DNA of 32,000 bases from an uncultured archaeon (GTDB lineage Archaea > Asgardarchaeota > Thorarchaeia > Thorarchaeales > Thorarchaeaceae). The DNA lies in assembly GCA_964648855.1 (NCBI GenBank), contig CAZYLT010000012.1, positions 30,001 through 62,000 on the forward strand. Direction: 5' to 3'. The position numbers and the translations under genes were made by a program. This document shows, one piece after another, positions 16,808 through 25,810 of this stretch. The stretch's first letter is position 1. Every line of letters starts with the position of its first letter. The notes beneath the pieces are model-generated. The model made no database searches. It saw nothing but the letters and a program-made list of their open reading frames with translations, and was not told where the DNA came from.

Positions 16808-17557
16808 ATGAAGTACTCAGGACTATTCATAGTAATGCTGCTTTCTGTTTCCATGACAGCTCCTCTGTCGACAAGTGGATATAGTAGCATTGCTGAGCCA
16901 GACCTCTTTTCGCGTCCACAATTCCTTTGGGACATTGTTGAATCCCCTGATGCTCCTTTTGCGTGGGGGTGGACGGAACGGAAGGCATGGATTGCAGACG
17001 AACAGAGCAAGATGTTCTTTGAAGTAACTGAAATTCAAGATGATGTAACAGGTGTGTTCTCGGTCGGGAATCTCTCCTTGCTGGCAAATAACACAGATAT
17101 TGCAAGAGAATTGGTCTTGGGAGTATGGGGACTGACACCCTTCTTTCCTGGCTTAGTTGTACCTATTGGAGAAACTGAGCTAGCTCAACTCAATGAAACA
17201 GCTCATAAATCAGCAGAACGGGTTCAAGGCAATTACCTAAACGGAACAATGGAGAGCGAGTATAGTAACATAACCATTGGTGCTACACTCTATGAGTGTA
17301 TTGTCTTTGATTATGAGCAAGACCCGACAGCCTTTGGAGAGCCACAGAGAACAGAGCTCGCCTATGATCTCAGAACCGGCCTGTTGGTAAGAGGAAACAC
17401 GAGCTACTCTTTTGGAGAACCTTATTCATTGGTTGTAGAACTAGAATCAATTGGAAGAATACTTCAGCCTCCGGCCTATGCACTCGGTACACTTGGTGCA
17501 ATAGTCATACTTGGAGCAGCATATATTGTATACAAAAGAAAAGAAGAGGTAATGTGA
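16808..17557 (+). CDS. Secreted, C-terminally membrane-anchored hypothetical protein
   Basis: Signal peptide, beta-rich body (YDLRTGLLV), several N-x-S/T sequons, TM followed by KRKEEVM. Confidence 0.75.
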   Translation: MKYSGLFIVMLLSVSMTAPLSTSGYSSIAEPDLFSRPQFLWDIVESPDAPFAWGWTERKAWIADEQSKMFFEVTEIQDDVTGVFSVGNLSLLANNTDIARELVLGVWGLTPFFPGLVVPIGETELAQLNETAHKSAERVQGNYLNGTMESEYSNITIGATLYECIVFDYEQDPTAFGEPQRTELAYDLRTGLLVRGNTSYSFGEPYSLVVELESIGRILQPPAYALGTLGAIVILGAAYIVYKRKEEVM

Positions 17558-17564
17558 CCAATTC

Positions 17565-18155
17565 ATGAGCAACCACGAAGTTGTTGAGAGAATATCGAGG
17601 AGCAAGCGCGTTGCTATTACAGCAAACATGGCAGCCCTCGCACTCATAGGAAACTACGCGTTGGTCTTCCTTCCAAATATGGAGCTAGGTACATCAATCA
17701 TATTCATCACAGCATACGTGTTTGATCTTGGCATGGCAATTGCCTGCGTTATGATTACGTCATTGATCTTTGGAATGGCAAATCCGTGGGGAGGATTCAT
17801 TCCACAAATCTGGTTGGCGCAAGTTCTCGGATGGATATTTGTGGCTGGGATTGGCTCGTTGTTGTCGAAGGGGGAGGAAGTCGATCTCGATGACTTTTAC
17901 TTCCCACTAAAAATGGGACTCGTTGGAGCTTTCGTGACCATCTTTTTCGACCTCTCTACGAATTTGGGATATTCATTGGCTTTCGGAATCCCCTTTGTTG
18001 TAGCAATCATAACAGGATTCTCATGGAGTCTTATTCACATAGCATCCAATATTCTGATTTTTAGTCAGGTGGTCCCCACCTTGGAAACAGTATTGAAGAA
18101 TCATTTCAGATATGAGATATGGTCTGTAAATCAACAGCCATACTCCGAAGAGTAA
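17565..18155 (+). CDS. ECF transporter S component, probably cobalamin-type (CbrT-like)
   Basis: About 6 TMs; RVAITA.MAAL..IG......PN.E, QVLGW, FFDL.TN, LIHI.SN; co-located with DUF4430. Confidence 0.75.
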   Translation: MSNHEVVERISRSKRVAITANMAALALIGNYALVFLPNMELGTSIIFITAYVFDLGMAIACVMITSLIFGMANPWGGFIPQIWLAQVLGWIFVAGIGSLLSKGEEVDLDDFYFPLKMGLVGAFVTIFFDLSTNLGYSLAFGIPFVVAIITGFSWSLIHIASNILIFSQVVPTLETVLKNHFRYEIWSVNQQPYSEE

Positions 18156-18196
18156 AAAGAGGATTGGACGTCAAGATGAAGGGAGCGTCATGAGTA

Positions 18197-18835
18197 ATGT
18201 CTTGGAAACAGGAATTCGTTGATCTGGCAGAACCTGCAGATGGTCGTGTGGCACCATCATTTGAACCTCATCATGCGGTAGTTGGATTCATTCTTATCGG
18301 TAGAGAGCAGCCTTTGGGGCGATACGAACTATGCAAGCGGATGTCCTTAGGTGAAGGGACAGTAAGGACGCTCCTAAAGCGTCTGACAGAATCGAATCTC
18401 ATCACTGCGGTGGGCAGGCAAGGTCAGAAACTTACGGAAGAAGGCCAAGAGTTGTATCACCAAATTACAGAGGACATTCCTATTGGACTCTCTCTTCCTC
18501 TTCACGATCTTGTTGTCTTTGAGCATTCATTTGCAAACAGGGTTTCTGGTAAGGGAAAAGACGTCACAAACGGGATACGACAACGAGATGAAGCGATAAT
18601 TAAAGGGGGCTCTGGAAGAGCTGGTGCTACAACTCTAGTCATGAGAGAAGGAGTTCTTGTGATTCCACCTGACGACTTCAAGATACTCCTTGAATATGAA
18701 GATGAGGCGCTTCTGATTGCAGAAAGTTTGAGAGTGGAAAAGGGGGATGCTGTGGTGATTGGAACTGCAGTCTCTGAGAGTTTGGCACGTGAGGTATCCA
18801 TGGCGGCAGTAATGACGCTGTTTGAGGGGGAGTAG
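18197..18835 (+). CDS. Archaeal wHTH protein of DUF4443/DUF2111 type
   Basis: APSF...H, PLGR.EL...MSLGEGTVRTLLKRL, G..LT..G, GI.QRDEAI..G..GATTL, GD.VVIG.A. Confidence 0.75.
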   Translation: MSWKQEFVDLAEPADGRVAPSFEPHHAVVGFILIGREQPLGRYELCKRMSLGEGTVRTLLKRLTESNLITAVGRQGQKLTEEGQELYHQITEDIPIGLSLPLHDLVVFEHSFANRVSGKGKDVTNGIRQRDEAIIKGGSGRAGATTLVMREGVLVIPPDDFKILLEYEDEALLIAESLRVEKGDAVVIGTAVSESLAREVSMAAVMTLFEGE

Positions 18836-18837
18836 AG

Positions 18838-19653
18838 GTGCAAACTGACCTCTATGGTAACATACCCCTAATTGTAATCGATACTCATGAAACCAAAGGG
18901 AAGAGAAAGAATGCAGTTAAGCATCTCATGTCGATGCTAGATAAAGAAGAAATCAAGTACGCTATTCAGACAATTCCTATTGGTGATGTGTTAGGAATGA
19001 ATGGGATAGCAATTGAGAGGAAAACTGTAAGTGACTTGGTAAATACACTAAAAGGAAGTGCAACAGGCGTACCGCGATTCCAAAAGCAAATGGACGCTCT
19101 TCTGGAATACGAAAAACCCTTTCTTCTTGTTGAGGACATATTAGCCATCAGGCGGGATCCATCAAAAGGATGCATCTACATTCCATTCAAGAGCAACAAA
19201 ACAAAGGGAAAGCCATTCTATGTTACCATGGAGAGGGTGAGCTTCATCCACCCCAGTTCACTACTTGGTCTGATTGATAGTGTCAAGGACAGGGGAATCA
19301 AGATTCTTAAGGGATTCAATGCACTCCACTCCGCCGGATTGCTCTATGGGGTGCTGACCGAAGGAGAGGTTCTGGACTCTGACAAGACCCAAAGACTGCC
19401 AGTTGTTCGAACAAGAAAGGGGCTAGATACGATAGATGATGAGCAGGAGTTCTTCATGGCGGGATTTCCTAGCGTCAACGTCGTTCGGGCAAAGAGTCTT
19501 CTAGAACACTTTGGCAGTCCAGCAGAGGCAATCAATAGGATTGATGAGTGGACTGACGTTCACGGAGTTGGAAAAAAGACACTCAATTCAGCTAAAGAGC
19601 TTCTCTTTGCCAAGTATAGGTCAGACTCTGATGAGAGGGAAGAATCAGAGTAG
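18838..19653 (+). CDS. xpf: Short XPF/ERCC4 structure-specific endonuclease (nuclease plus HhH2, no helicase)
   Basis: VIDTHE, IGD....IAIERKT.SDL, and HhH motifs FPSVNV.RA..LL.HFGS and VHGVGKK. Confidence 0.85.
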   Translation: MQTDLYGNIPLIVIDTHETKGKRKNAVKHLMSMLDKEEIKYAIQTIPIGDVLGMNGIAIERKTVSDLVNTLKGSATGVPRFQKQMDALLEYEKPFLLVEDILAIRRDPSKGCIYIPFKSNKTKGKPFYVTMERVSFIHPSSLLGLIDSVKDRGIKILKGFNALHSAGLLYGVLTEGEVLDSDKTQRLPVVRTRKGLDTIDDEQEFFMAGFPSVNVVRAKSLLEHFGSPAEAINRIDEWTDVHGVGKKTLNSAKELLFAKYRSDSDEREESE

Positions 19654-19683
19654 CACAAATAAACATAGAAGTATTATATGGCC

Positions 19684-19698
19684 ATAAAACTTTATAAG
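19684..19698 (+). promoter_or_regulatory. Candidate BRE/TATA promoter of ino1
   Basis: ATAAAAC-TTTATAAG about 50 nt upstream of ATG 19748. Confidence 0.55.
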
Positions 19699-19747
19699 AG
19701 AGGCACTATCTTCGAAGCTGGAAGAGAACAGGAAGCATGATTTTGAT

Positions 19748-20836
19748 ATGGGTGACGTTAGAATAGCAATTGCTGGACTCGGAAACTGCGCATCTGCCCT
19801 GATACAGGGTGCACACTATTATAGAAATGCCAACGCAGAAGATAATGTCCCAGGCCTCATGCATGTAGACTTTGGCGGATATTATCCAAAGGACCTGAAA
19901 TTCGTAGCTGCATTCGAGGCAAACAAACACAAGATAGGCAAAGATATTGCGGACGCAATGTGGGTGAAACCGAATTGCTGTGCGAAATTTGCACCGGATG
20001 TACCCAAGACGGGTACCAAAGTACTGCCCGGACCAGTATCTGATGGAGTAGCCCCGCACATGCGGGAGTCCTTTTTTGCTTATGATGAAAATGAAATAGA
20101 ACCGGTTGATGTTGCAGAGGAGCTGAGAAAAGCAAAAGCGGACTTGCTTGTTTCATATCTTCCTGTGGGCAGTGCAGACAGTTCCAGAATGTACGCGAAA
20201 GCGGCTCTTGAAGCAGAGATCGGCTTCATCAATGCAATCCCCGAATTCATTGTGTCAGACCCTAACTCCCCAATTGCTCAGGGATTTGAGAAAAAGGGAC
20301 TCCCGTGTGCTGGTGACGACATAAAGAGCCAACTAGGAGCAACGATACTTCACAGGGTTCTTGCCCAGCTATTTGACAAGCGAGGTCTTGAGCTTCAGAA
20401 TACCTACCAACTCAATATTGGTGGTAACACAGATTTCGAGAATATGCAAGTTGAAGAGCGCCTCTCATCGAAGAGAATCAGCAAAACTGAGGCAGTCACA
20501 AGCTGCGTTAAGTATGAGTTACCAACTAAGATAGGACCCAGTGACTACGTACCATTCCTAGATGATAACAAGGTATGCTACATAAGCATGCGCTCTAAGG
20601 CATTTGGAGACTTGCCGCTGGATTTGGATCTAAAACTATCAGTTCAAGATTCACCAAATAGTGGTGGAGTTATTATCGACGTTGCGCGGGCTGTCAAGAT
20701 TGCACTCGATAGGGGAATAAGTGGAGAACTCTCAAGCATTAGTTCCTATTGCTTCAAACATCCAAGGTATCAGATTGATGACTTCGAAGCACGTAACAGA
20801 GTAGACGAATTCATCGAGGGAAAACGAGAAAGATAA
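19748..20836 (+). CDS. ino1: myo-inositol-1-phosphate synthase
   Basis: Motifs GLGNCASALIQG, SYLPVGS, GDDIKSQLGAT, YQLNIGGNTDF, SKRISKT, DSPNSGG. Confidence 0.97.
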   Translation: MGDVRIAIAGLGNCASALIQGAHYYRNANAEDNVPGLMHVDFGGYYPKDLKFVAAFEANKHKIGKDIADAMWVKPNCCAKFAPDVPKTGTKVLPGPVSDGVAPHMRESFFAYDENEIEPVDVAEELRKAKADLLVSYLPVGSADSSRMYAKAALEAEIGFINAIPEFIVSDPNSPIAQGFEKKGLPCAGDDIKSQLGATILHRVLAQLFDKRGLELQNTYQLNIGGNTDFENMQVEERLSSKRISKTEAVTSCVKYELPTKIGPSDYVPFLDDNKVCYISMRSKAFGDLPLDLDLKLSVQDSPNSGGVIIDVARAVKIALDRGISGELSSISSYCFKHPRYQIDDFEARNRVDEFIEGKRER

Positions 20837-20850
20837 TAAAAAGAAACCGT

Positions 20851-20871
20851 GTTGCCTGAAGCTCAGGCAAC
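20851..20871. terminator. Perfect inverted repeat between the convergent ino1 and M42 genes (putative bidirectional terminator or processing hairpin)
   Basis: GTTGCCTGA-AGC-TCAGGCAAC (9-bp stem), with an A tract upstream on the + strand that is a U tract for the minus transcript. Confidence 0.65.
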
Positions 20872-20881
20872 CTCTCCTATT

Positions 20882-22015
20882 TCATATTTCACTGAAGCTC
20901 TTAGTTGTTTTTTCATCCAGCCTCTTGATAAGCTCGACGAGGAGGTCAACGGCATTTTCCACGTCGCCCAAATCCAGAATCCCATTATGGGAGTGAATGT
21001 ACCGCGTTGGTATCCCCAAGAATAACGAGGGGACACCCATCCCAGTCAGATGAATGGCGCCAGCATCAGTACCCCCAGATTTCAGAAATGCTGATTGATG
21101 TCGAATTTCTTCTTCTTCTGCAACATTTAGGACAAAACGTCGTAGTCGAGGGTTGGGAATCATTGAGCCATCCCCGGCAGAGATGGCGACACCTTTCCCC
21201 ATTTTCTGCACGAGGCCCTCACTGTCAGGAGAGTCACCAGAAATATCTACATCTAGAGCGAAACCCAAGTCGGGCTCAATCATCTTTGCAGTTGTCTGTG
21301 CCCCACGAAGACCTACTTCCTCCTGTACCGTTGAACAGGCGTAGATGGTATTGGGATGATCAATTCCCTCTTCCGACAGCCTGCGGAGGACCTCTAGCGC
21401 AATGAATACGCCAATACGGTCATCGAATGCCTTAGCCATCCCTAGAGTGACTTCTCGTGTCTTTTTGGGTCCGTTGTCTTCATCTTTTTCAATCCATTTG
21501 CGTTTCATAGTCCTAAAAGTACTGACCGGCACTGCTGCATCACCGACACGTATCCCCAGTTTTTCCACTTCTTCCTTCGAACTGCAGCCAATGTCAATCC
21601 ACATATCTTCTTTCTTTACCACTTTATTTCGTTGCTCTTCTTTGAGAACATGAGGAGGAGGTGCACCAATGACTCCAATGATTTTCTCCTCTCCCTTGAA
21701 TGGACGTAGTAAGACCTGTTGGGTAAGCAGAGTCTGGTCCCACCATCCACCAAGCTGATGGAATTTAAGATATCCTTCCTTAGTTATTTCACTAATCACG
21801 AAGCCGATTTCATCAACATGTCCAGCAAGCATTATCTTTGGACCGGATTTTCCCTTTTTGAAGGCAAGAGACCCCAAACGGTCAAACATAACTTCGTCGG
21901 CGTACTTTTCACCATGCTTACGAACAAGTCGCTGGACTTCTTCCTCGTGTCCGCTGGGACCAAATCCATTACATAATTCTTCCAAGAGCCCAATATCCAG
22001 TTTTGATTTTGCCAT
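20882..22015 (-). CDS. M42 family (TET) aminopeptidase
   Basis: Motifs GPSGHE, AGHVDEIG, KAFDDRIG, TVQEEVGLRGA, ALDV, GGTDAG, PTRYIHS. Confidence 0.96.
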   Translation of the reverse strand: MAKSKLDIGLLEELCNGFGPSGHEEEVQRLVRKHGEKYADEVMFDRLGSLAFKKGKSGPKIMLAGHVDEIGFVISEITKEGYLKFHQLGGWWDQTLLTQQVLLRPFKGEEKIIGVIGAPPPHVLKEEQRNKVVKKEDMWIDIGCSSKEEVEKLGIRVGDAAVPVSTFRTMKRKWIEKDEDNGPKKTREVTLGMAKAFDDRIGVFIALEVLRRLSEEGIDHPNTIYACSTVQEEVGLRGAQTTAKMIEPDLGFALDVDISGDSPDSEGLVQKMGKGVAISAGDGSMIPNPRLRRFVLNVAEEEEIRHQSAFLKSGGTDAGAIHLTGMGVPSLFLGIPTRYIHSHNGILDLGDVENAVDLLVELIKRLDEKTTKSFSEI

Positions 22016-22094
22016 TATATTCACTTCTGAGGCGGTTTTCTGGTTAGAATGAAACCAGCAAGGGGTATATTGCTTTTTGGACAGGACAATGACA

Positions 22095-22628
22095 CTAGTT
22101 CAGAGTGCACTCGGCTAGAATCTCAAATGCGTTTTCTACATTTTGGCCTGTGAGTGCACTTGTTTCTAAGTAAGCGGTAAGGTTGTTATCCTCAACAAAT
22201 TGCATCCCCATATCGGTAGAGATCACACGTGATTCAGCCAAATCTACTTTGTTTGCAAGAAGTACGATTGGAATCCTATGACCCAGTGCATCCTCGGTTT
22301 CTTCAATCCATCTGGGCAGCTCCCGGAATGTGCTCTTTCGGGTCACATCGTAAACCAATAGGGCACCCTTGGAGCCTTTGTAGTAACTACCACGAATAAA
22401 ATCAAACCGCTTCTGACCTGCCAAGTCCCAAACCAAAAGCTTCACAGTCACTGTAGTTCCATTGTTCTTTGGCACATCCACAGTCTTAACCGCAAATTGT
22501 GATCCTATGGTTACGATATATTGTTTAGTAAACTTCTGTGTAAGAAAACGATTGACGAGTGCGGTCTTACCGCTACCACCTGCACCAATCATGCATACCT
22601 TCCGCATGAAGTCAAATGATTGACTAAT
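22095..22628 (-). CDS. Rab-like small GTPase; probable AUU start at 22628 or 22631, first ATG at 22607
   Basis: G1 GAGGSGKT, YIVTIGSQF, VWDLAGQKRF, YYKGSKG, VYDVT, NKVD, ETSAL. The upstream in-frame SQSFDF matches the Rab N-terminal (Y/F)D(Y/F)xxK motif. Confidence 0.92.
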   Translation of the reverse strand: MSQSFDFMRKVCMIGAGGSGKTALVNRFLTQKFTKQYIVTIGSQFAVKTVDVPKNNGTTVTVKLLVWDLAGQKRFDFIRGSYYKGSKGALLVYDVTRKSTFRELPRWIEETEDALGHRIPIVLLANKVDLAESRVISTDMGMQFVEDNNLTAYLETSALTGQNVENAFEILAECTLN

Positions 22629-22898
22629 AATTCAATCCTCCGTCATCTGTTTTCAGACTCGCTGTCTTTGCAGCAACTCATGATTAGCAGACATGCCATG
22701 CTGATTTGCCTGCCCCACCTGTTTCAAGAATCGATTGGAAGCATTTTCCATCAATCAGATTTCACATTGAGAGTCGCTGTTGTATCTTATGTTATCTTCT
22801 GGGATGTATATTTAGCCTTTATCGGGCTGAATACCTTGATGGAATCGGACAGCTTTGCTCATGTGGCGCTTTCGGTAACGAGCGAAGGGGTATACACG

Positions 22899-22913
22899 AA
22901 GATATTATATCTT
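22899..22913. promoter_or_regulatory. Palindrome overlapping the likely TATA box of the RHH gene
   Basis: AAGATAT-T-ATATCTT, containing TTATAT and preceded by CGAAG, about 40 nt before GTG 22951. Confidence 0.45.
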
Positions 22914-22950
22914 TAGTCAGAAAGGGAACTTAACGCCGGGAGGCCTTCAT

Positions 22951-23154
22951 GTGGAATTGATTACAGTCAAGATGAGCGACATCTATGTCAATGGTTTAGA
23001 CAGGTTGGTTGAAGCAGGTATGTATCCATCGAGAAGCGAAGCTATACGTGTCGCCATCCGAGATCTTCTGATGAAGGAATTATGGAATAACGAGGGGATG
23101 CCTGTGAAGCTATCTCCCAACCCTGAAGCGTCAAGTGAACCCTCAGATGCTTGA
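22951..23154 (+). CDS. Ribbon-helix-helix transcription factor, CdrS/aCcr1-like
   Basis: MELITVKM....V.GLDRLVEAGMYPSRSEAIRVAIRDLLMKELW; GGAGG SD. Confidence 0.9.
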   Translation: MELITVKMSDIYVNGLDRLVEAGMYPSRSEAIRVAIRDLLMKELWNNEGMPVKLSPNPEASSEPSDA

Positions 23155-23233
23155 TTGCATCGCATGCTAAACATGCGAAAGACAATTAAGAATACATAGA
23201 GTCTGCATTATAGTCACGCTGGAGGTAGAATAA

Positions 23234-23752
23234 TTGAATTGGAGAATCTTGTTGAAGAGCATAAAATTCGCTTTTCGCGCCAAGAAGCGAGTCTTCTTCT
23301 TTATTGTAGTCTATGCCATACTATTTGTTTGGGTTGCTAAGGGGTTGACAGTTCCCATTCTTGGAATCCCGAGCATTATAATGGCATTCATAGTAGCAAC
23401 GGCATATGCCATTCTAATAGCACAATTCCGTCGTCGGGATATTGCCATCCTGAAATGTGTTTCATGGAGTAATGCTGAGGTTCTGCTATTGCTAGTCGGT
23501 GAGGTAGTCCTTGTATCAGTGTCCGCATTCTTAATCGTCTTCCAAGTGAGTGTGGAAATACTCGGTCTAGCAGCCTATTTCGGAGCAGTAGGCTCATCAT
23601 TCCTAGAACAAATCAAGGAACTAGTTTCTGTCGAGGCAGGTGCCATGGGAGTCACTCTCTTTTACATAGTGATATTGCAGATTCCAGGACTCGTTCTAGC
23701 TCAGCTGAGAGCAATGAGAATTCCGCCAATGCAGGCTTTGAGGGAGGAATAA
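23234..23752 (+). CDS. Small FtsX/MacB-family ABC permease lacking the large extracytoplasmic domain
   Basis: RRRDIAILK.V.WS..EV....VGE and the terminal RAMRIPPMQALREE; about 4 TMs. Confidence 0.8.
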   Translation: MNWRILLKSIKFAFRAKKRVFFFIVVYAILFVWVAKGLTVPILGIPSIIMAFIVATAYAILIAQFRRRDIAILKCVSWSNAEVLLLLVGEVVLVSVSAFLIVFQVSVEILGLAAYFGAVGSSFLEQIKELVSVEAGAMGVTLFYIVILQIPGLVLAQLRAMRIPPMQALREE

Positions 23753-23757
23753 ATAGA

Positions 23758-24441
23758 ATGACAAATCCAATAATTAGGCTTGAGAATGTCAATAAGGAGT
23801 ATGGCAGCGGAAAAAATACTGTCGCTGCCCTTAAGGATGTGAACCTTGAGATTCAAGCCGGGGACTTTGTAGCAGTTGTAGGAGTTTCAGGATGTGGCAA
23901 GAGTACGCTGTTGCATGTTATGGCGGGCCTTGAGCAGCCTACCGGTGGGAGAATCCTTCTAGATGGTGTCGATGTAACTCTGATCAGTGAGCGTGACCTT
24001 CCGAAAGTACGAGCACAAAAAATCGGGTTCGTGTTTCAGTCATTCCTTCTTATTGAAGACTTGACTTCATATGAGAATGTTGAAGCGGTGCTGTGGCCGA
24101 TTGAAGAGCTCTCGAAGCAGAAACAAGAGTCCATGACACTGCAGGTTCTTCGAGAGGTAGACATGCTGGAAAGAAGGGACCATAGGCCACTGCAGCTAAG
24201 TGGGGGAGAGCAGCAGAGGGTTGCAATTGCGCGAGCTCTGGTAAATAGCCCTCCAATCCTATTCTGCGATGAACCAACTGGGAATCTCGACTCAAAGACT
24301 GGCGAGAATATCATGAAGATAATTGCCAGACTGAACAAGGAGAAAGGGATGACGGTAGTATTGGTCACCCATGATGAGAGTCTGACGAAATTCGCGAAAA
24401 AGACTCTGAGGATGAAGGATGGGGTTATCCGCCAAGGGTAG
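23758..24441 (+). CDS. ABC ATPase of LolD/FtsE/MacB type
   Basis: Motifs [45 protein letters not shown]. Confidence 0.96.
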   Translation: MTNPIIRLENVNKEYGSGKNTVAALKDVNLEIQAGDFVAVVGVSGCGKSTLLHVMAGLEQPTGGRILLDGVDVTLISERDLPKVRAQKIGFVFQSFLLIEDLTSYENVEAVLWPIEELSKQKQESMTLQVLREVDMLERRDHRPLQLSGGEQQRVAIARALVNSPPILFCDEPTGNLDSKTGENIMKIIARLNKEKGMTVVLVTHDESLTKFAKKTLRMKDGVIRQG

Positions 24442-24539
24442 ACTCAATCCACGCTGGAAAGCAATCAAATATACACAGTATATGAGTCATAAAGCTTTAG
24501 ACCATCTGCTTACTAATCAGTGACGAGGAGGTTTCTAGG

Positions 24540-25370
24540 ATGCAGACTTCTGATTGTCAAGAGAAGATCGACACCGCAGAGGAAAAAGCCAGAGAAGGTT
24601 GTAATGATGAGGCAACCGACCTCTTCAATACAGCAGCTGAATGTTGGCTTCGCTGGGAATTCTTCTCAAGAGCTGCTCAAGCCTTTGAAAGAGCATATGA
24701 ACACGCGATGCTATGCCATCAGTATACCAGAGCCTCCCATTTGATGGTTCAGGCGTCCAATGCATGGATGGCACAGGGCGAACATGACAAATTTGAAATT
24801 GATAACCAAATTGCATCCGAAGCTTATGTCTATGCCGCTGAAAAAAGCAAGAAGCCAATACGTTTGATTGATGGTGCATTTTGCGCAATATTGGGTGGAG
24901 ACCTCGATTTTGCAAGACATCTGTTGCATGCAGCCGCGGCGGGAGCTCGTGGTTCGTCAAAAGAGCTCATTAATCTCGCGTTGATGCTGACTGAATACCA
25001 TTTTGGCGACGCGGATATGTACATTCGGGCAGCATTAGCACGTGTCTTGGATAAACAGCAAATGGATCGCGTCAAAGAAGTCTTCTTCTTTGCATTTGTA
25101 GGGTTTGTCAGGTCATCTCTGGAATCCGAGGCTGCATTATCCTTGTCGAGTCTATCAGAGAGTACGGACATGTCACTCGATAGGATTCAGACCCTAGTTG
25201 AAAGAGGAATAAGAAAGGGATACATACCGGCATACATCGACTATGATTCACTGGAACTTGTCGTAGACCCTGATAGAATTGATATTTCTGACCTCACTAG
25301 AAGAAAAGGACCAATTCTAAGCAGAGACATCGATGACCCAGGTGCATGGGATATCGATTTAGAGGATTAG
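24540..25370 (+). CDS. Alpha-solenoid (TPR/SNAP-like) protein with a C-terminal PCI-type winged helix
   Basis: A..LFN.AAECW....F.RAAQAFERA helical repeats; LSLSSLSESTDMSLDRIQTLVERGIRKGYIPAYIDYDSLELV fits the PCI wHTH pattern. Confidence 0.65.
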   Translation: MQTSDCQEKIDTAEEKAREGCNDEATDLFNTAAECWLRWEFFSRAAQAFERAYEHAMLCHQYTRASHLMVQASNAWMAQGEHDKFEIDNQIASEAYVYAAEKSKKPIRLIDGAFCAILGGDLDFARHLLHAAAAGARGSSKELINLALMLTEYHFGDADMYIRAALARVLDKQQMDRVKEVFFFAFVGFVRSSLESEAALSLSSLSESTDMSLDRIQTLVERGIRKGYIPAYIDYDSLELVVDPDRIDISDLTRRKGPILSRDIDDPGAWDIDLED

Positions 25371-25557
25371 AAAAAGAAGACCATCTTCTAGGTTTCCCGT
25401 CTATAAGCAACAGATAGATTAAACTACTAGGATAGTACAACATCTCTTCACAAAAGCCTTGGTCGAGGATTGGTGTTAATGTTCCCACTGGAAAACGTTT
25501 TTAGTGCGATTGCAATCACTGACACCTTGTACAAGCGGCTTAAACTAGGTGGCATTC

Positions 25558-25773
25558 ATGGCTGATGAGCTCAAGTGGCTTCAGGACCCTATAACCAAAG
25601 AAACTATCTACTTTAAGTTACCAGTTAAGCAATTGAAGGATGTCAAGCGGTTTCCTGCCCCCATTGTAATCAAGCATAAAGACCACTATCTCATTTGTTA
25701 CGTTGACAGTCATTACCAACTGGCAGATACAGAAGTTGCTATAGCGGCTGTTGATGCCCATTCAAAGGAATGA
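25558..25773 (+). CDS. Small hypothetical protein (71 aa, beta-rich)
   Basis: AGGTGG SD before ATG 25558 and an upstream TTTTTAG box; sequence RFP.PIVI.H.DH.LI.YVD. Confidence 0.7.
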   Translation: MADELKWLQDPITKETIYFKLPVKQLKDVKRFPAPIVIKHKDHYLICYVDSHYQLADTEVAIAAVDAHSKE

Positions 25774-25810
25774 TCTAGTTCTAAACCCTGCTGGTCGTAA
25801 TTGTTTGAGT

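Noticed and set aside
22620-22933. Two overlapping + strand ORFs (98 and 75 aa)
   Set aside because: TTG starts and no recognisable features; they occupy the divergent promoter region between the Rab-like and RHH genes.
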